Assembly (NCBI RefSeq): GCF_009914755.1
Contig: NC_060932.1
DNA: 64,000 nucleotides
Reading direction: 5' to 3' (one strand)
Origin: the human T2T-CHM13v2.0 reference genome, Homo sapiens
Shown here piece after piece: positions 13,017 to 29,369 of the stretch. Position numbers and translations under genes: made by a program. Position 1 is the first letter of the stretch; every line of letters starts with the position of its first letter. The notes below the pieces were generated by a model, which worked only from the letters and a program-made list of their open reading frames with translations, had not been told where the DNA came from and did not search any database.

Positions 13017-13894
13017 GTGGTGGGTCTTTGATTCTCAAGGAAGCTGTCAGAAGCTTCATCTAACTTCTCTTCCACTCTACTTTCTTCTGGGGAAGAAGTG
13101 ACCCAACAATTTGATCTAATATTTGTGAGTTTCTATTGTGTTCCTCATTGTGGTCTCATAAGTTTTTACTGCCTTGTTAGTTCTTTGCCTTCGAGCACTC
13201 ATTTTACACTGTGTTGGCTTTCTAGTGGTTCTCAGAAGAACATACACAACAGTGCTCATTTTTGTAAGGCTAAGGGGAATGATGGGAGTGGAGGTAAAAG
13301 GTAAAGTAGAGCCAAGAACAACTAAAAAGGATAGCCTGGGGAGTCCCTTCTAGGAATAAAAATTGGGTATAGCCAAACAATATTCCTTAATCCCTTGCAG
13401 AAGTCCCTTATAAAAACTGTCCAGCAAGATCCCAGAATTTCTACAAATAATGAATGCAGTATGACTTCCATGTTACTCTTTCTGAATAGGGTAGGAGTGG
13501 GACGGTGTTACTTAGATTTTTCCTCTTCAACCATTAGGTATTAGTATGCAAAGCATCGGTAGTTTGTCACTTTATTGCAAATTCACTGCATTAGTAGTGT
13601 TCATATATGGTGTAAACCAGAGAATTCTGAACACCACTCAGAAAGTCTGGCCTTGAAGTCTAATGCTATGATGTGTGGTGCTTTGAATTAGCTCTCTCAG
13701 TAAGAGGGTAAGTGTATTTTGTTTTTGTGAAGAATAACTTAATCTTTATTGATATGAAAAAGAACTGTAATAGTAATTAAAATTATTTGTAAATATTCCC
13801 ATTTTTTCTCTCCTTCTAGGCCTGATAATATTGAACATCCTTGCATCCATTAAAGTTTACTGTTCTAAGACTTACTTTAACCAAGGTGAGTTTA

Positions 13895-15140
13895 AGATTT
13901 TAGAGACAGTCCAAAATAGTGGAAATAGCAGCATACAGACTCTAAAAATTCTCTTTTCTGTTAAGCAAGTAATCTGACTCTCCCACACTCCCCCAAAAAT
14001 CAGACTATTTAGAACTCTGGACATTTACCAAAGGCTTGCAGGAATCTGAAGATAGTTGTATATTGGTACAAACAGTGAGCTTTATTGTGTCCTAAATTGC
14101 CCTGGTCCCATCCCCCACAATCCAGCTCTTCAGTAGCCTTAAAAATTAGCAGCCTCCAATCACACTGAAAAAACAACAGCCTGACAAGCACTAGAGAGAG
14201 CAAAACAAGGTCATAGCTTCTTTAAAGCCATAGTTCAGAAAACTGACATTACTTGACCTCTCTGTTGGTTACCTGGAATACCCCATTTTCCAACCCGTCT
14301 GTATTTGACCGGTTTGGAGCTCACCCAGGGCAAAAAGTCTTTTCTACAGAGGAATTTGTTGAAAACAACTGTAGGAAATTGTTTCTTTGTGGCTGCCTGA
14401 GCAGTGCAGTTGGGACAATCAGTAGTCTAAACAAAAAGCTTAAAAGAAAAGGTGAGGAATTAGATATACATAGGGTCTTGGTAAAGCCCTACATATTCCT
14501 GGGATTCTGGAAGACTGCACACACATATAGGTTTGTAAACATGTTCAGAAACCTATGAGTTGCACACATATTCACAAAAGACCTGAGAAGGGCCTAAGAT
14601 CTAACCTCTAGCAGACCTTGAGGTTCTGTGCAAGCAGGAACTGAAGGCTAAGGCAGAGTTGTCAACTGTCAATTTGAGTGACGAAGGCATGTCCCCAGCA
14701 TGTACACAGAGGACCTTAGCAAAGACTGGGAAGTTTATTGGCTCCAGTCGATTAAAGAAATCTCTGTCTGATCATTATCTAAATATTAAGCTAACTGAGG
14801 AGAGACTTCATTGGCCACATTAGAGAAATAATATAGACCTTATATAATTAGATCAGCAAATTCAGAAAACAAACAACAATAATAGGGGAGGAGAATGGAT
14901 CTGATTTCAAAATGGACACATAGAACCATTTTAAACATCGAGATTTCAGGAAGAAATTACAAGGTATACAAACAGAGTGGTAAATCACTCAGACTGCTTC
15001 ACTGTTGAATTCTACTAAACATTTCAGCAAGTAATACCAATCCCTCATACGCTCTTCCAAAAAACAGAATAGGGGGGATTATTTCCCAACTAATTATATG
15101 ACTCCATTATTACCCTGATACCAAACTAAACACTGACACC
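13895..15140 (+). mobile_element. Ancient L1M 5'UTR region joined to a short ORF2 (RT N-terminal) remnant at ~14990-15130
   Basis: 'gaactctggacatttaccaaaggcttgcag' 5'-end motif; 'ttcactgttgaattctac...attaccctgataccaaa' corresponds to FTAEFY...ITLIPK. Confidence 0.65.
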
Positions 15141-15429
15141 ACGAAAATAGAGAGTGCATAATTTGCCCCAATTTCCTGCCCATGTCATTGTTCTGATTTT
15201 TGCTCTGTATGGTGGATACTGGGAGTGGAAATATAGAAAAGATGCCTCCTCTCATACTGGCATACAATGAACTTGTACTGAGTAGAGAAAATAAAACTTT
15301 CTTTTTATTAGACAATAAGATAACAATGTTGTTTACATGGTAGCATTACTTTGATTATCTTGACTGCAAATAGTCATCTCCCCTTTTAATCTTATTTTTT
15401 TGTCATTTTATTTTTTAATTTCTCCATTT

Positions 15430-15522
15430 TATATATGTATATATTATATACATGTGTGTACATGTATGTGTGTATATATGCATATATGTGTGTATGTTTA
15501 TATACACATACACATATACATG

Positions 15523-15556
<34 letters not shown>
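15430..15556. repeat. (TA/TG)n-(CA)n microsatellite
   Basis: Alternating purine-pyrimidine tract ending in about 14 CA units. Confidence 0.95.
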
Positions 15557-15557
<1 letters not shown>

Positions 15558-15859
15558 TCCTTTTTAAGCCTGTTTACCATAAGCTATGCTTTCCTGTGTT
15601 CCACTGAGGATGCCATTATTTCTTAAAATTTTCTTCTGGGTCCCATTAGAGAAATTCTTTTGAGGTATTCTTTCTTTGTATTTTATAAATATAATTTTCT
15701 TTTATCATTTCACCATAATTTTGCTATGAATCAATAGAATTTTTCTCTGTATTAAAACACTATAAAAGGTTGTTAACAAACATGTGATACTAGCTATCAT
15801 TGAATCTAAATGAACTACCCTAAAACTCAGGCAACTTAAATAATTATTTATTATATGAG

Positions 15860-17000
15860 ACAGCAATTACAGCATAACAAACCATTCCTAAACTTGGTGT
15901 CTTATAATCATAAGTCATGAGTTTGCAGGTCAGAGATCTAGGCTATTTTTTACTTGGTAGTTCTTCTGGCATCATCTGGGCTTTCCCATGTGTCTACATT
16001 TGAATTGTTAGATGAATGTCATGATCTTCCTTGCGCTCTCCTACTTTTCAAGGCTTCAGTTGGAATGCAATATATTCAGAACCACCTGATGCAATGTGAG
16101 AGACCAAAATAGATAACCTTTTATCAAGTAAAGAGGAACCCCCAAGGTTAAGGAAACAAAGGTTGTCTACAGTTTGAGGGTCCAGGATCCAGCTGAAAAG
16201 GCAAATTTCTAAATTCCTACGCCTACAAGAAAAACCACACCCTTTTTTTAACTCCCTCAAAACAGGAGCTGTCAGGCAAATTATCAGACCCCTTCTAACT
16301 TTGTTTTCAACCCAGACCACTGTGACACTAATTGGACAGACAATGGCCTTACAAATATTATTTTCTAATAAGTAACTGCAGATTTTAGCCAGTTTCAGCG
16401 AGCTTTTAGAGGCTGTACATAAACTGTCTTTGTTTCCAATAGTTCATCTTTTGATATAAAGAGCCAAATTTCACCTAATTTTAATGCTAAAACCTCACCC
16501 CAGAGTGAACATGCAATGTATGCTGCATATGTGTTTACCTATTGTGCATGCTGTCAGTTTCCTTCATTAACATGTGTAGCTTTTCCTCCAAACCTGCTGA
16601 ATATGTAAGACTCTCTTGAGTTATGCTGGCCCTGTGAGGCATAAAACCCAACTTGCCCTTCCGCTCTTTGAAGAGAGAGCATCTTCTGTCCATGCCAGAG
16701 ACTATTTCTTCCTTGTTTGCAAACTGATATCGCCAATAAAGTTGGTTTTCTACTATTTAGCCATCCTTAGTGTCTATGGACAATAGTGATTTTTTATTCT
16801 TTAGCAGGCTGCCCTTTGTTTGTCACATAATGTGGGAGGGCCTTCAGAGGATAAGCAAAAGTGATCTGGGCTGTCAGCAGGCACAATTTACTTCCGTCAT
16901 GTCACATTATTGATCAAAGAAAACATTTAAGGAGTAAGAAAATATATTTTTTTGATAAAAGGAGTTGCAAACTCATTACAAAGGGATGTGGAACAAGGAA
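15860..17000 (-). mobile_element. Old MLT1 LTR split by the MER72-like insertion
   Basis: 'gcataacaaaccattcctaaacttggtgtctta' before the insertion; 'acttccgtcatgtcacattattgatcaaag...ggagttgcaaa' after. Confidence 0.6.
16095..16785 (+). mobile_element. MER72-like ERV1 solo LTR
   Basis: Starts 'tgtgagagaccaaaatag...aaggttaaggaaacaaa'; AATAAA at 16735-16740; 4-bp flanks GCAA / GTGA, both derivable from GCGA by CpG decay. Confidence 0.8.
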
Positions 17001-18429
17001 GAGTACGATTCAATTCATTTTTCTAAATAATGTACCAAATTTATCCTTATAGCTTACATAATTATGAGTTGATTGGGTGTCAGCTTATGTAAGCTGGGCT
17101 TGGGTGATTTTGGTTCATGCATCGTGTAACTAACACCTAAGAGCTGTTTTCTATTTCTCATCTTCCTTGTGGGACATAAGGACCGTCTCAGCATCTCTTC
17201 ATTATAGTGAGGGTAAATACACAAGTGAAAATGTGCGAGAGATCTACAGGGCCTTGGATTGTAGTGAGGAAGTCGTAGCTTAGACTGACAGTGACCCCTA
17301 TATAATATAAGCTGACTTGCATCTTTCTCATGTTCCCCTGGCCCTGGAGTCATGAATAAATACACTACTTGATCTCCTTTGCTCACTGTTTTCCACTCCA
17401 ACACTGAAGCTGTGCTAAAGGGAGTAAGGGGTATCTGATAGTCCCCTATCCATGTAATGTTTATTTCCACTTCATGTAGAAGATGTGGAAAACAAGACTT
17501 AAACACAAACAAGTAATTTACATGTAAATATGTTACCCAATATGTAGCCTTGACTCCCAGAATAATTTTATGCAATATGAGTCTTTTTAATAGGACATGA
17601 ATAAATGTTTTTACAAAGCAGAATAAATTTTGGCTATTTTATAATGAAATTATTGATTTTTATTTGATATTTCAGTTAGATTATGGATTAATATTTGAGT
17701 TTATGACAAGTTTTATAAACTGGTCTTCGATTTTTCAGAAGAAAAGACATATATGAATATGTTTGCAATGGCCCTATTTGACAACATTGAAAGGAAGTTT
17801 CAATTTTACTTTTCTTTGTGAGAGATGGACAAAATGCTTTAGGAACTTGGAAGATAATTTTATTTTTCTTCGCTACATTTTCAAGTAGTATAGATTTATA
17901 AAAATAATATTTTTGTTTGTTTATGTGGATCTCTCCATGGTCAATTAAGATGCACAGAAGCAGAAGTACTTTATTTTATTCACTGTGATCCACTCAGTCT
18001 TATTTCCAAACAGAATAGAATTATTAATATTCAATATTTTTTTACCCTTTCTTAAGACAGATAATAATGTTGTAAGTCCCTGATCTCCCGTTTTAGACTC
18101 TTTCCTCCCAAGAAAAAGATTATACCAAATAAGGCTATAACTAAGGCAGTATTTCTTTCTTATGCCTTCCTCCTTTCCTTCATTTCTTCTGTTGTTATTG
18201 CTGTTGTTTTTGTTGTCCTGTTGTTGCTTCTAAGAGTGTGTGGAGTAAAATAATATTAGAAAGAGCCATAGAATATGTTGGGGAGAAGTAGCCACAGGAT
18301 CACAGTGTGGTTGAAGCCATGTAATTATAAGGTATTTTATTTTGTTACCTTGTCTCTCAATGTTGTGAAAATGGTATAGTAAGTAATACAGTAACCAACA
18401 AGGCAAGCATCCTAAACTCTTCTAAGTAC

Positions 18430-19334
<905 letters not shown>

Positions 19335-19555
19335 TAAACTAATTTTTTTATTATTATATACTAACCTTTTAGTCTGCTTCTTCACATTATTTTCAGCCAT
19401 TAATTTTTTAAAGCACTTTCTGTTTAAATTCAAAAATAGCTTAACATTTTTGTCAGTGGAAATGAACTCTATGGGACTAATGAAAATAAATAACACATAC
19501 TTAATAATCATTATAACAGCGGCAGCTTTTGTGAATGGTTGAATAAGTTATGTAC

Positions 19556-19910
19556 TGTCTTAGTCTGGGGAGCTACAACAAAATGCTATAAGTTGAGTGG
19601 CTTGTAGACAGAAATTAACTTCTCACAGTTCTGGAAGCTGGGAAGTTCAAGATCAAGCCAATGGAAGATTTGGTGTCTGATGAAGGCCCTCTTGTTAGCT
19701 CATAGTTGGCACCTATTTGCTGTGTCCTCACATGGTGGAAAGAACAAGACAGGTCTCTGGGACCTCTTTTAGAAGGGAACTAATCCCATTCATGAGGCTC
19801 TTTGGGAGGAGGACTCACCTCCCAAAAGCCCCACCTCCTAACACCATCACATTAGTGGTTAAGTTTCAACATATGAATTCTGAGGTGACATAACCATTCA
19901 GCCCATAGCA
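19556..19910 (-). mobile_element. MLT1A-family solo LTR
   Basis: 'tgtcttagtct...tctcacagttctggaagctgggaagttcaagatcaag...cattcagcccatagca'. Confidence 0.9.
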
Positions 19911-21651
19911 CTTATTATGAAGCATATTTATCTACTTCCAGCACATATAAAATCAGTCATAAAAGTCTTGCATTGAGAAGTAGAATTTAATTGGGCTGGA
20001 AAGATGTAAAAAGAATTTGTTGTATTTGGCTTTTAAATTTATTATTTGTAATGATAGAATAAACACACTTTAACAAAAAAAATCTAATATATCTCTCAGT
20101 GAATGCGGTAATCACTTTTCTTCTTAAACTTGAAACATTTCTGTTTTTTTTTTCTTCCAAGATTAGATGAAAATCTATCCTTTCTACATATTTCTTAAGT
20201 TGGGGAACAACTACTTTACAACGATATAGACAACTTTCTCTCCAATTCATTCACAAGTACACAGGGAATAATATTTTTAAACTATTAAAACCAATATTTG
20301 CTTCTTGTGAAGTTTAGATTATTGACCATTTCAGTTTTTCTAGTATCTATTAGTCAATGGAAATATTCTGTTAAGAAAAATATATCTCTTGATAATATTG
20401 TTTCTCCACAAGTTGAGTATACTTGTGTTTACTTCTTGATAACTCTTAATTCTCATTCAAATGCTATTTTTACATCGTGAAGCACCTATGCATTGGCAGG
20501 AGCACTGAGTGTTACAGTTTTCTAATTCCTTATTGTTTTTTTTTCTGTGAAAGTACACAGCCATTTATTCACATCATATATTCATGCAGTTACTAATATA
20601 ATATTCACCCTTTTATATTATACTCTTAGTTTACAAGCTAAAGGTTATTTGCACTGCACTTCATCTTATCATCAGTTTCTTCAGCCAAACAAGTGGTTGA
20701 TTTCCTTTCAGGAAAATGTTGTTTCTAAAGCAAACATTTTTACGACTTGCTGGAGATTCTGGAAATGCAGCGGACTAACAGAGCCTGATTGCAATGCATA
20801 TGCTGGGTAGTTTGCTAAGTTCAATCATTACATGACAAACTGCCTTGACAATTTTTAAGTATGTAAAACTGAATTCTATGCCTCAGCAAATATTGAACTT
20901 ATTATATGCTATGAAATTTTGATGGCATTCTGGATTAGTTAAAATATTTAATGATAAATATGTGATGACACTGGCTTACTGCATAGGAAAGTTGAAGAGG
21001 TAAAAACTAAATATAGAAATAAACCAACTCCATGTACAATATAATGATTGTAAAAATAGAGAAAAAGATGAGAGATAAGTATTTGATTATTAAGGTTTCT
21101 AATACTTGCCTTTAAAATATTGTAAATTCAAGGCTCTTTTTTGTTGACTCAAGGAACTCATACTGCTGATTTTCTTTTCATCACTGAAATATTTTATTAT
21201 AAAGAGTGCTTCACCACTCAAATATATGTCTCAACATCTCTATACAATATTTGAGACATCTCAACATTGTCTTAACATGTCTCTGTAATAAATACTACAT
21301 TCCAACACATGTACGTTACAGATATATCACTGAGTACATCAAAATAGAGCACATTAATTTCCATATTTCACATGGTCTTGATTCATGACTTTAGTTAAAA
21401 TATTTGATCCAATGTGATTTATTGACCCTAGAGGGGTGGAAATACTTGGTTGTGCATGATAGAGTTATTTTCATGATCATAAACACATGTACTTGTACTA
21501 AGAAATCAAATATAAGTAAAGTTCGCAAATTGCCCTCAAAGAAGCAGACTGTGTATAGAGGAAAAAAAAGTTGGAAGTATCAGACTCCAGCTCAGAAGAA
21601 TTAGTTTAAAAATAACCTTATTAACCATTATGAAAGTAATTTAATATTTAA

Positions 21652-22288
<637 letters not shown>

Positions 22289-23152
22289 AATATTTGTCTT
22301 TCTTAATGTGATAGAAACTCTTTTAGTATGACTAAACATATCCATCATAATAATAGGCAAGCAATAACAGACTAATAATAGTAGCCTCTGACATAAATAG
22401 AACTACCAAGAAAAAGTAGCAGTCTAATGGAAAATTACCAATGTGATCTGATTGGATTTCTTTCTTATTCCCTTCTTGCTTTTATATACTATTTTTTACT
22501 TTACTCAAGGAAATATATTTTCCCAAAAATATCAGTTAGAATTAATTTAATTTAATTTTCACTATCCACCTGGAGACAGTTTTCTTTTCATTTTATTTAT
22601 CAGTTATAATTCAGTTCTAACCTTACTTTGTTATTGAATGCTCAGCCTAGTTAATCAGATAATCTTTCATAGAAATAGCCTGCCTTTAATCTTTTAAAGT
22701 GTGTCAGCTGAATTCTATTTATTTTCAGCTCTTGGAATATGCTTATAAATGATAAATGACCAATTTCCCTCCTATTTTTTACATTAGTTTTCTTAGTTGA
22801 GAAATGGTTCAGCTGTGGTGGCATTATCTATTTAAAGGATTAGATACTTTTTATTATCTATATAAATTAGTCTATTTATGTAGAGGTTTCAATATAACCA
22901 TAAAATTCTGGGAAATTAAAGAACATTTAATTGCACATTAAACACAATATTGAACTGAGGTGCAGTAGAGACATGGCTAATATTGAATGTAAAAAGAACT
23001 AAAATTGGCCTCATCTCTGGTTATGATAGAAATGCACAAATTGACATCAATTCGAATTACATAAGTGAGGTTTTTATGTGTATGTATTCATGTGTAAGAG
23101 ATATTGAAGAGCATACTTTGTCAATGTCATTAATCTAGTGCCTAGATCCACA

Positions 23153-23174
23153 TAATAATAATAATAATAATAAT
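23153..23174. repeat. (TAA)n microsatellite
   Basis: About 7 TAA units. Confidence 0.9.
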
Positions 23175-26100
23175 CTAGTGCGGAGATCCACATATAGTAG
23201 TAAGAATGACATTTAGGACTAAAACAAAACTTCATATCTAATATGTCCCTTTCAAATAATGATTTATCCTTCCTTTTCCCAGTTGGTTTCTTCCTTCTGC
23301 CTGTCTTTCCTCTCTTGCTACTGTGTTGCATTGTCATGCTACATACTTCTTAAGTCAGCACATCAAATAACACACTATACACAAATGTATATTATTACTC
23401 ACATTAATATTACTGTCCCTCTTTTTGGCAGAGCAATCCAGTATATTATGTCTTCAATTTCAGAGAATATGAATAAGTTTTGCTTCACTCAGATTTTCCA
23501 TTCCTATAAACGTTAACAGAGAAGTACAAAAGTATGCTGGGTCTTACAGATTTTTTTTTTTTAAACTTCCAAACTACTGTATTATATGATATAGTATTGT
23601 TGCACTTGTTTTTTAGCTATCTCCAAAACAATATGGCTAAGTTCACAACGTAAGCTTAAATCTATAAATCTAAATGTAAATGTCCCAGTAAAACGGCATA
23701 TTCAATTACTAAATCCCCTTCTCAGTGTCTCTCTCAATGCTGTCACCACCGGAGTAATAACAAAATGAAACATATTTCTAGGTTGTTATTTAAGGTGCAA
23801 GTTCCAGCATCTCTGCTTCTCCTGATATCATGATACACTGAATATTTGGAGTCATGCAGAGCCATGTTATACATTATGTTCCTGTAATATGCTGTTGGAA
23901 TGACTCAAGGGAAACATTCTTTTAGAATCTAATTTTCCTTATTGTTAAAAAACAAAAAGAAACAATGTGTGTCTTGTATCCTGTGTCTCCAGGATCATGT
24001 ATTTTCAGTTGTGGGAGGATTTTCTGATCTCATTAGGCAGACAGTCAAGGATTATTTACTTTTATAGGTGATTTCTTATCAACCTAAAAATCAAAATGCA
24101 TATTCTACGTATTCATTAACCTAATACAGTAATTAACTTTTCTTTCAAATTTTATTTCTCCAACCATAGAATCTGACTATCCCATTTGCTATTCTCTATT
24201 AAACAAGACAGATACATGGTGATTTTTTTCCCTAATGATCTTATGACTTTGCATCATTAAATAGTCTAAAAGTTTAGAATTATATCTAGAAAAATATTTC
24301 CATTAATTCATTGTATGTTAGAAAATTACTGCATTTGGTGACAGGATTTGCTTCTTCAATTCTGAACATCACCATTTTGACATTGTCCTAATTATTTAGC
24401 TTTTGTTAGCCTTAGTGCTTTCGTGTGAAATTGAGGTAATGTTGACCTAATGCTTTGTACATAATTATTGTAAGGTACATATAGCATATGATTAGCCCTC
24501 AATTGCTAATAATTAGCTATCAATTGTAACAATTTATTAGCAATTGATTTTTATAGCCTCCTGTGCATAATGAAAGAGAAATTTATTTTAAAATAATTTA
24601 AGGAATTACCAGATAATTTATCGTATTACACAACATACTCAAGGTATATTGAAATATTATCATTTCTCAGTCAACATTTTGCTTTGTTTTGACATTCAAA
24701 TCTTATAATCTGCAGTTAGATAAGGAAGTATACTTAGCCAATATATTGGGTAGAATGTAGTTTGGCACTACAGTATACATGTATTTTCTTTCTTTTGTTT
24801 TTCCATTACCAAATCCTTTCTGGTATGATTTGATTATTACTTTTTTATATTTTCCAGCAAATAGGTACAACCATACCAAAACTATTTTGTCTCACATTAC
24901 TATTCTGATATAATTGTCTGCATTTAAATTATAAATTCAGTTTTATTATATATGATCTACAAATTAATATTTTCCATGCTCAGTTTCAGTGTTTGAAAAT
25001 AATTAATTTATTTTGCATTTTGTTAAAATTAACATCTGAGTGTACATTAATTGTTCCATGCCTGAAGTTTCTTTGCTATTGCCATGAAACTTACAGTACC
25101 TGTCCTTTACTATTTTATTTCAAGGTCATTGTCAACATTCACTATATCTGCTACTCTAGTTTTATTCAAGTACTTACTCCTGTAATTCATTACTTAAAAG
25201 AAAATGTCACTAAGCATGTTGAATATGTTATAATACAAATTTCAAATAAGATGTATTCCATTATTTCTAGGCATCTCAGTTTTATAAGAATGTTTACACT
25301 AAATAGTATAATTAAATATATGTAATATTAGTTATATATACATATATATTTTACTCTTTCTACATATTTACTGACATATTTATATCTCATATGTGTATGT
25401 GTAGCACACACATACACACACACACACACACACAGAAACAGAGAGAGAGGCTTTTAATGTTAATCAGCTTACCCATGTTGCTGTTTCTTTTACTATTTCC
25501 CTCTATATTTTTCTTTCTCATTAAACTGATGCTGAATTACATAAAATTGCTTTGCTTAACTCTGTACAATGACTACCAAAGCTTTTAATAAAATTGTTTT
25601 TCTGTGTCTTTCTTAGTGTTAGATATTTGTTTTTACTTATGTAGTTACTGTGAGAGAATAAAAGAATGTAAATGTACTTTATCAAAGGGAAAACTTTGAA
25701 AATAATTTTTTAACATCAATGAAATTACTACTTCTACTTCTCCCTATCAGAAACTTTCAGGTTGTTCTTAGAAAAATGTCATAATGTTTCCCAAAAGTTA
25801 CATAAAATAAATGAATTTATCATGCAATCACTGGACATTTTTTGTTCTACTCCATTACAGTATGGTTGCATGTGTCCAATTTGTCTGCCTGGATTAAAAT
25901 ATTCATTTTATATTTAAATTTTATATTTTATATTGTGACACTCTGTATTTACTTTTCATTTATCTTAATCCTTCATAATATCCTGTTAGATAATATCCAA
26001 ATAAAGAGCTAAGTAAATGAATATTTAATCTGAGGTTATATATACAATTACAAATATTTGATTTTTTTGAAGAAACCCCTCACATTTTATTAAGCTTCTC

Positions 26101-26219
26101 CTCATCTAGGTTAATTCAACATATTGCCAAAGTTGTATTTAGTGGCAATTAAAGTAGCTGAGACCACATGGAACGTGTGGGAATGGAGGATGCTCTGACA
26201 GCAAATGGGCCCTTCTGTA

Positions 26220-28420
26220 TTTTTTTTTTTTTTTTTTTACTTTAAGTTCTGGGATACATGTGCTGAACGTGCAGTTTTGTTACATAGGCATCCATGTGCT
26301 GTGGTGGTTTGCTGCACCTATCAACCCATCATCTAGGTTTTGTTATTTCTTTGTTTTTGTTTTCGTTTTTGTTTTTGAGATGAAGTCTAGCTCTTGTCGC
26401 TCAGGCTCAGGCTGGAGTGCAATAGCATGATCTCAGCTCACTGCAACTCTGCCTCCTGGGTTCAAGCGATTCTCCTGCCTCAGCCTCCCCAGTAGCTGGG
26501 ATTACAGGTACCTGCCAAAACGCCTGGCTAATTTTTGTATTTTTAGTAGAGACAGGGTTTCACCATGTTGGCCAGGCTGGTCTCAACCTCCTGACCTCAG
26601 GCGATCCTCCCGCCTTGGCCTCCCAAAGTGCTGGGATTACAGGCGTGAGCCACCGCGCCTGTCCCTTCATCTAAGTTTTAAGTTCTACATGCATTAGATA
26701 TTTGTCCTAATGTTCTCCCTCCCCTTTCCCCACACCACCTGAAAGGCCATGGTGTGTAATGTTCCCCTCCCTGTGTTCCATGTGTTCTCACTGTTCAGTT
26801 CTCACTTATGAGTGAGAACATACCATGTTTGATTTTCTGTTCCTGTGTTAAATTACTGAGGATGATGGTTTCCAACTTCATCCATGTCCCTGCAAAGGAC
26901 ATAAACTCATTCTTTTTTATGGTTGCATAGTATTCTATGGTGTATATGTGCCACATTTTCTTTATCCAGTCTATCTTTGATGGGCATTTAGGTTGGTTCC
27001 AAGTCTTTGCTATTGTAAATAGTGCTGCAATAAACATACGTGTGCATGTGTTTTATAGCAGCATGATTTATAATCATATGGGATATACAGTAATGGGATT
27101 GCTGGGTCAAATGGTATTTCTTGTTCGTGAGAAATCACCACACTGTCTTCCACAATGGTTGAATTAATTTACACTCCCACTAAGAGAGTGAAAGAGTTCC
27201 TATTTTGCTGCATCCTTGCCAGCATCTGTTGTTTTCAGACTTTTTAATGATCGCCATTCTAACTGGCTTGAGATAGTATCTCATTGTGGTTTTAATTTGC
27301 ATTTTTCTAATGACCAGTGATGATGAGCTTTTTTTCATATATTTGTTGGCTGCATAAATGTCTTCTTTTGAGAAGTATCTGTTCATATCCTTTGCCCATT
27401 TTTTGATGTGGTCATTTGTTTTTTTCTTGTAAATTTTTAAAGTTCCTGAGCAGAAGCTCTTTAGGTTAATTAGGTCCCATTTGTGAATTTTGGCTTTTGT
27501 TGCAATTGGTTTTGTTGTTTTTTGTCATGAAGTCTTTGCCCATGCCTATGTTCTGAATGATATTGCCTAGGTTTTCTTCCAGGATTTTTATAGTTTTAAG
27601 TTTTATGTTTAAGTCTTTAATCCATCCTGAGTTAATTTTTGTATAAGGTGTAAGGAAGGGGTCCAGTTTCAGTTTTCTGCTTATGGTTAGCCAGTTTTCC
27701 CAGCACCGTTTATTAAATAGGGAATCCTTTCCCCATTGCTTCTTTTTTCAGGTTTGTCAGAGATCAGATGGTTCTAGTTGTGTGGTGTTATTTTTGAGGC
27801 CTCTGTTCCATTCCATTGGTCTATATATCTGTTTTGATACCAGAACCATGCTGTTTTGGTTACTGTAGCCTTGTAGTATAGTTTGAAGTCAGGTAGCATG
27901 ATGCCTCCAGCTTTATTCTTTTTGCTTAGGATTGTCTTGACTATATAGGCTCTTTTTTGGTTTCATATGAAATTTAAAGTAGTTTTTTCTAGTTCTGTGA
28001 AGAAAGCCAATGGTAGCTTGATGGGCGTAGCACTGAATCTATAAATTACTTTGGGCATTATGGCCATTTTCAGGATATTGATTCTTCCTATCCATGAATA
28101 TGGAATGTTTTTCCATTTGTTTGTGTTCTTTCTTATTTCCTTGAGTAGTGGTTTGTAGTTATCCTTGAAGAGGTCCTTCACATCCCTTGTAAGTTGTATT
28201 CCTAGGTATTTTATTTTCTTTGTAGCAATTTTGAATGGGAGTTCACTCATGATTTGGCTCTCTGCTTGTCTATTATTGGTGTATAGAATGCTTGTGATTT
28301 TTGCACATTGATTTTGTATCCTGAGACTTTGCTGAGTTGTTTATCAGCTTAAGGAATTTTGGGGCTGAGACCATGGGATTTTCTAAATATACAATCAAGT
28401 CATCTGCAAATAGAGACAAT
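26220..28420 (-). mobile_element. 5'-truncated L1PA7/8-like element (ORF2 C-terminal part + 3'UTR)
   Basis: Poly(T), then 'actttaagttctgggatacatgtgctgaacgtgc'; ORF fragments [45 protein letters not shown]. Confidence 0.96.
26342..26664 (-). mobile_element. AluS (Sx/Sq) nested in the L1 3'UTR
   Basis: Full dimer; TSD tcatctaggtttt / tcatctaagtttt. Confidence 0.95.
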
Positions 28421-29369
28421 ATTTGATCTTAACAACAATTTATCAGGAAAACTGCACAAAAAACTTGAAGAGATTTTGCAATGTCTAGAGTAATTTAATT
28501 AGTACAATGGTAGCTTTCAGGATCTTGCCTCAATGTTTCCTTTGGTTGTGTGGTATTGTTTAAGAAATTAGAAATGAAGCCAATAAAGAGTCACAGTAGT
28601 TAATTTATGAGAGCTCAGTCACCCCAACACACATGACTAAACACACTGAAAATTCTATTTCATTGTGATATGAAGATAAATGTATAAATTATTACTTAAC
28701 CAGTAGCATATGTAGTCCATTTTAATTTTGTCCATATTTTAACTTAACTCTACTACTTCAAAAAAGCCATTATAATGGATCTACTATAATTATTCTTATG
28801 ATTCATTATATTACTGTAACATCAGAATGACAGTGTTTTTTGATGTATTACAATAATACAATAGTAGTACAATAGCTACTTGATGATGTATTGCCATAAT
28901 ATATCATCAAAGTGATTCCACCAGAGAATTCAGGAGAATGATAGTATTTATAAGTTTTTGGATAAAAAATACAACTTTGTGGACTATTTGAGAAAGAAAG
29001 AAATGAAAAAAGTAATAAAAATGAACAAAAATTATTCAAAGATTAAAAAGGTGTGACAATAAATCATAAAGCAAGAAAGACATTTAGAAAAAAATAAAAT
29101 ACTTTCACTCAATAGTTTTTCCCATATTAATAAGATTTTGTAGAAATCTATGAGTCCATGATATAAATATATATTCACGTGTGTATATTTATTTTGAGAT
29201 AAGATTTTGCAGATTGCATGTGTATTTATCTATCAGATATCATGATCCAAATTTTACATCAATAAATTATGTTTATACAAAATATAAATCTGAAAAAATT
29301 CTCTTTATACAGTCTTTTGTCTTATAATTTTGTAGTGGTATTAGAATTTAGATACTGAAATGTGGAATG

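Noticed and set aside
17054-17575. Longest ORF (173 aa, minus strand)
   Set aside because: Starts at a non-ATG codon, has no recognisable domain, and appears to overlap decayed MLT/MIR-like sequence.
20700-20812. Acceptor-like 'tttcctttcag' followed by a Cys/Trp-containing frame
   Set aside because: No convincing donor and no recognisable protein similarity.
26795-28250. ORFs with L1 ORF2-like peptides (also 46464-46865, 52283-53237, 59554-59745)
   Set aside because: 5'-truncated, frameshifted L1 remnants; non-functional.
29163-29192. Quasi-palindrome around CACGTG
   Set aside because: The arms are low-complexity AT repeats.
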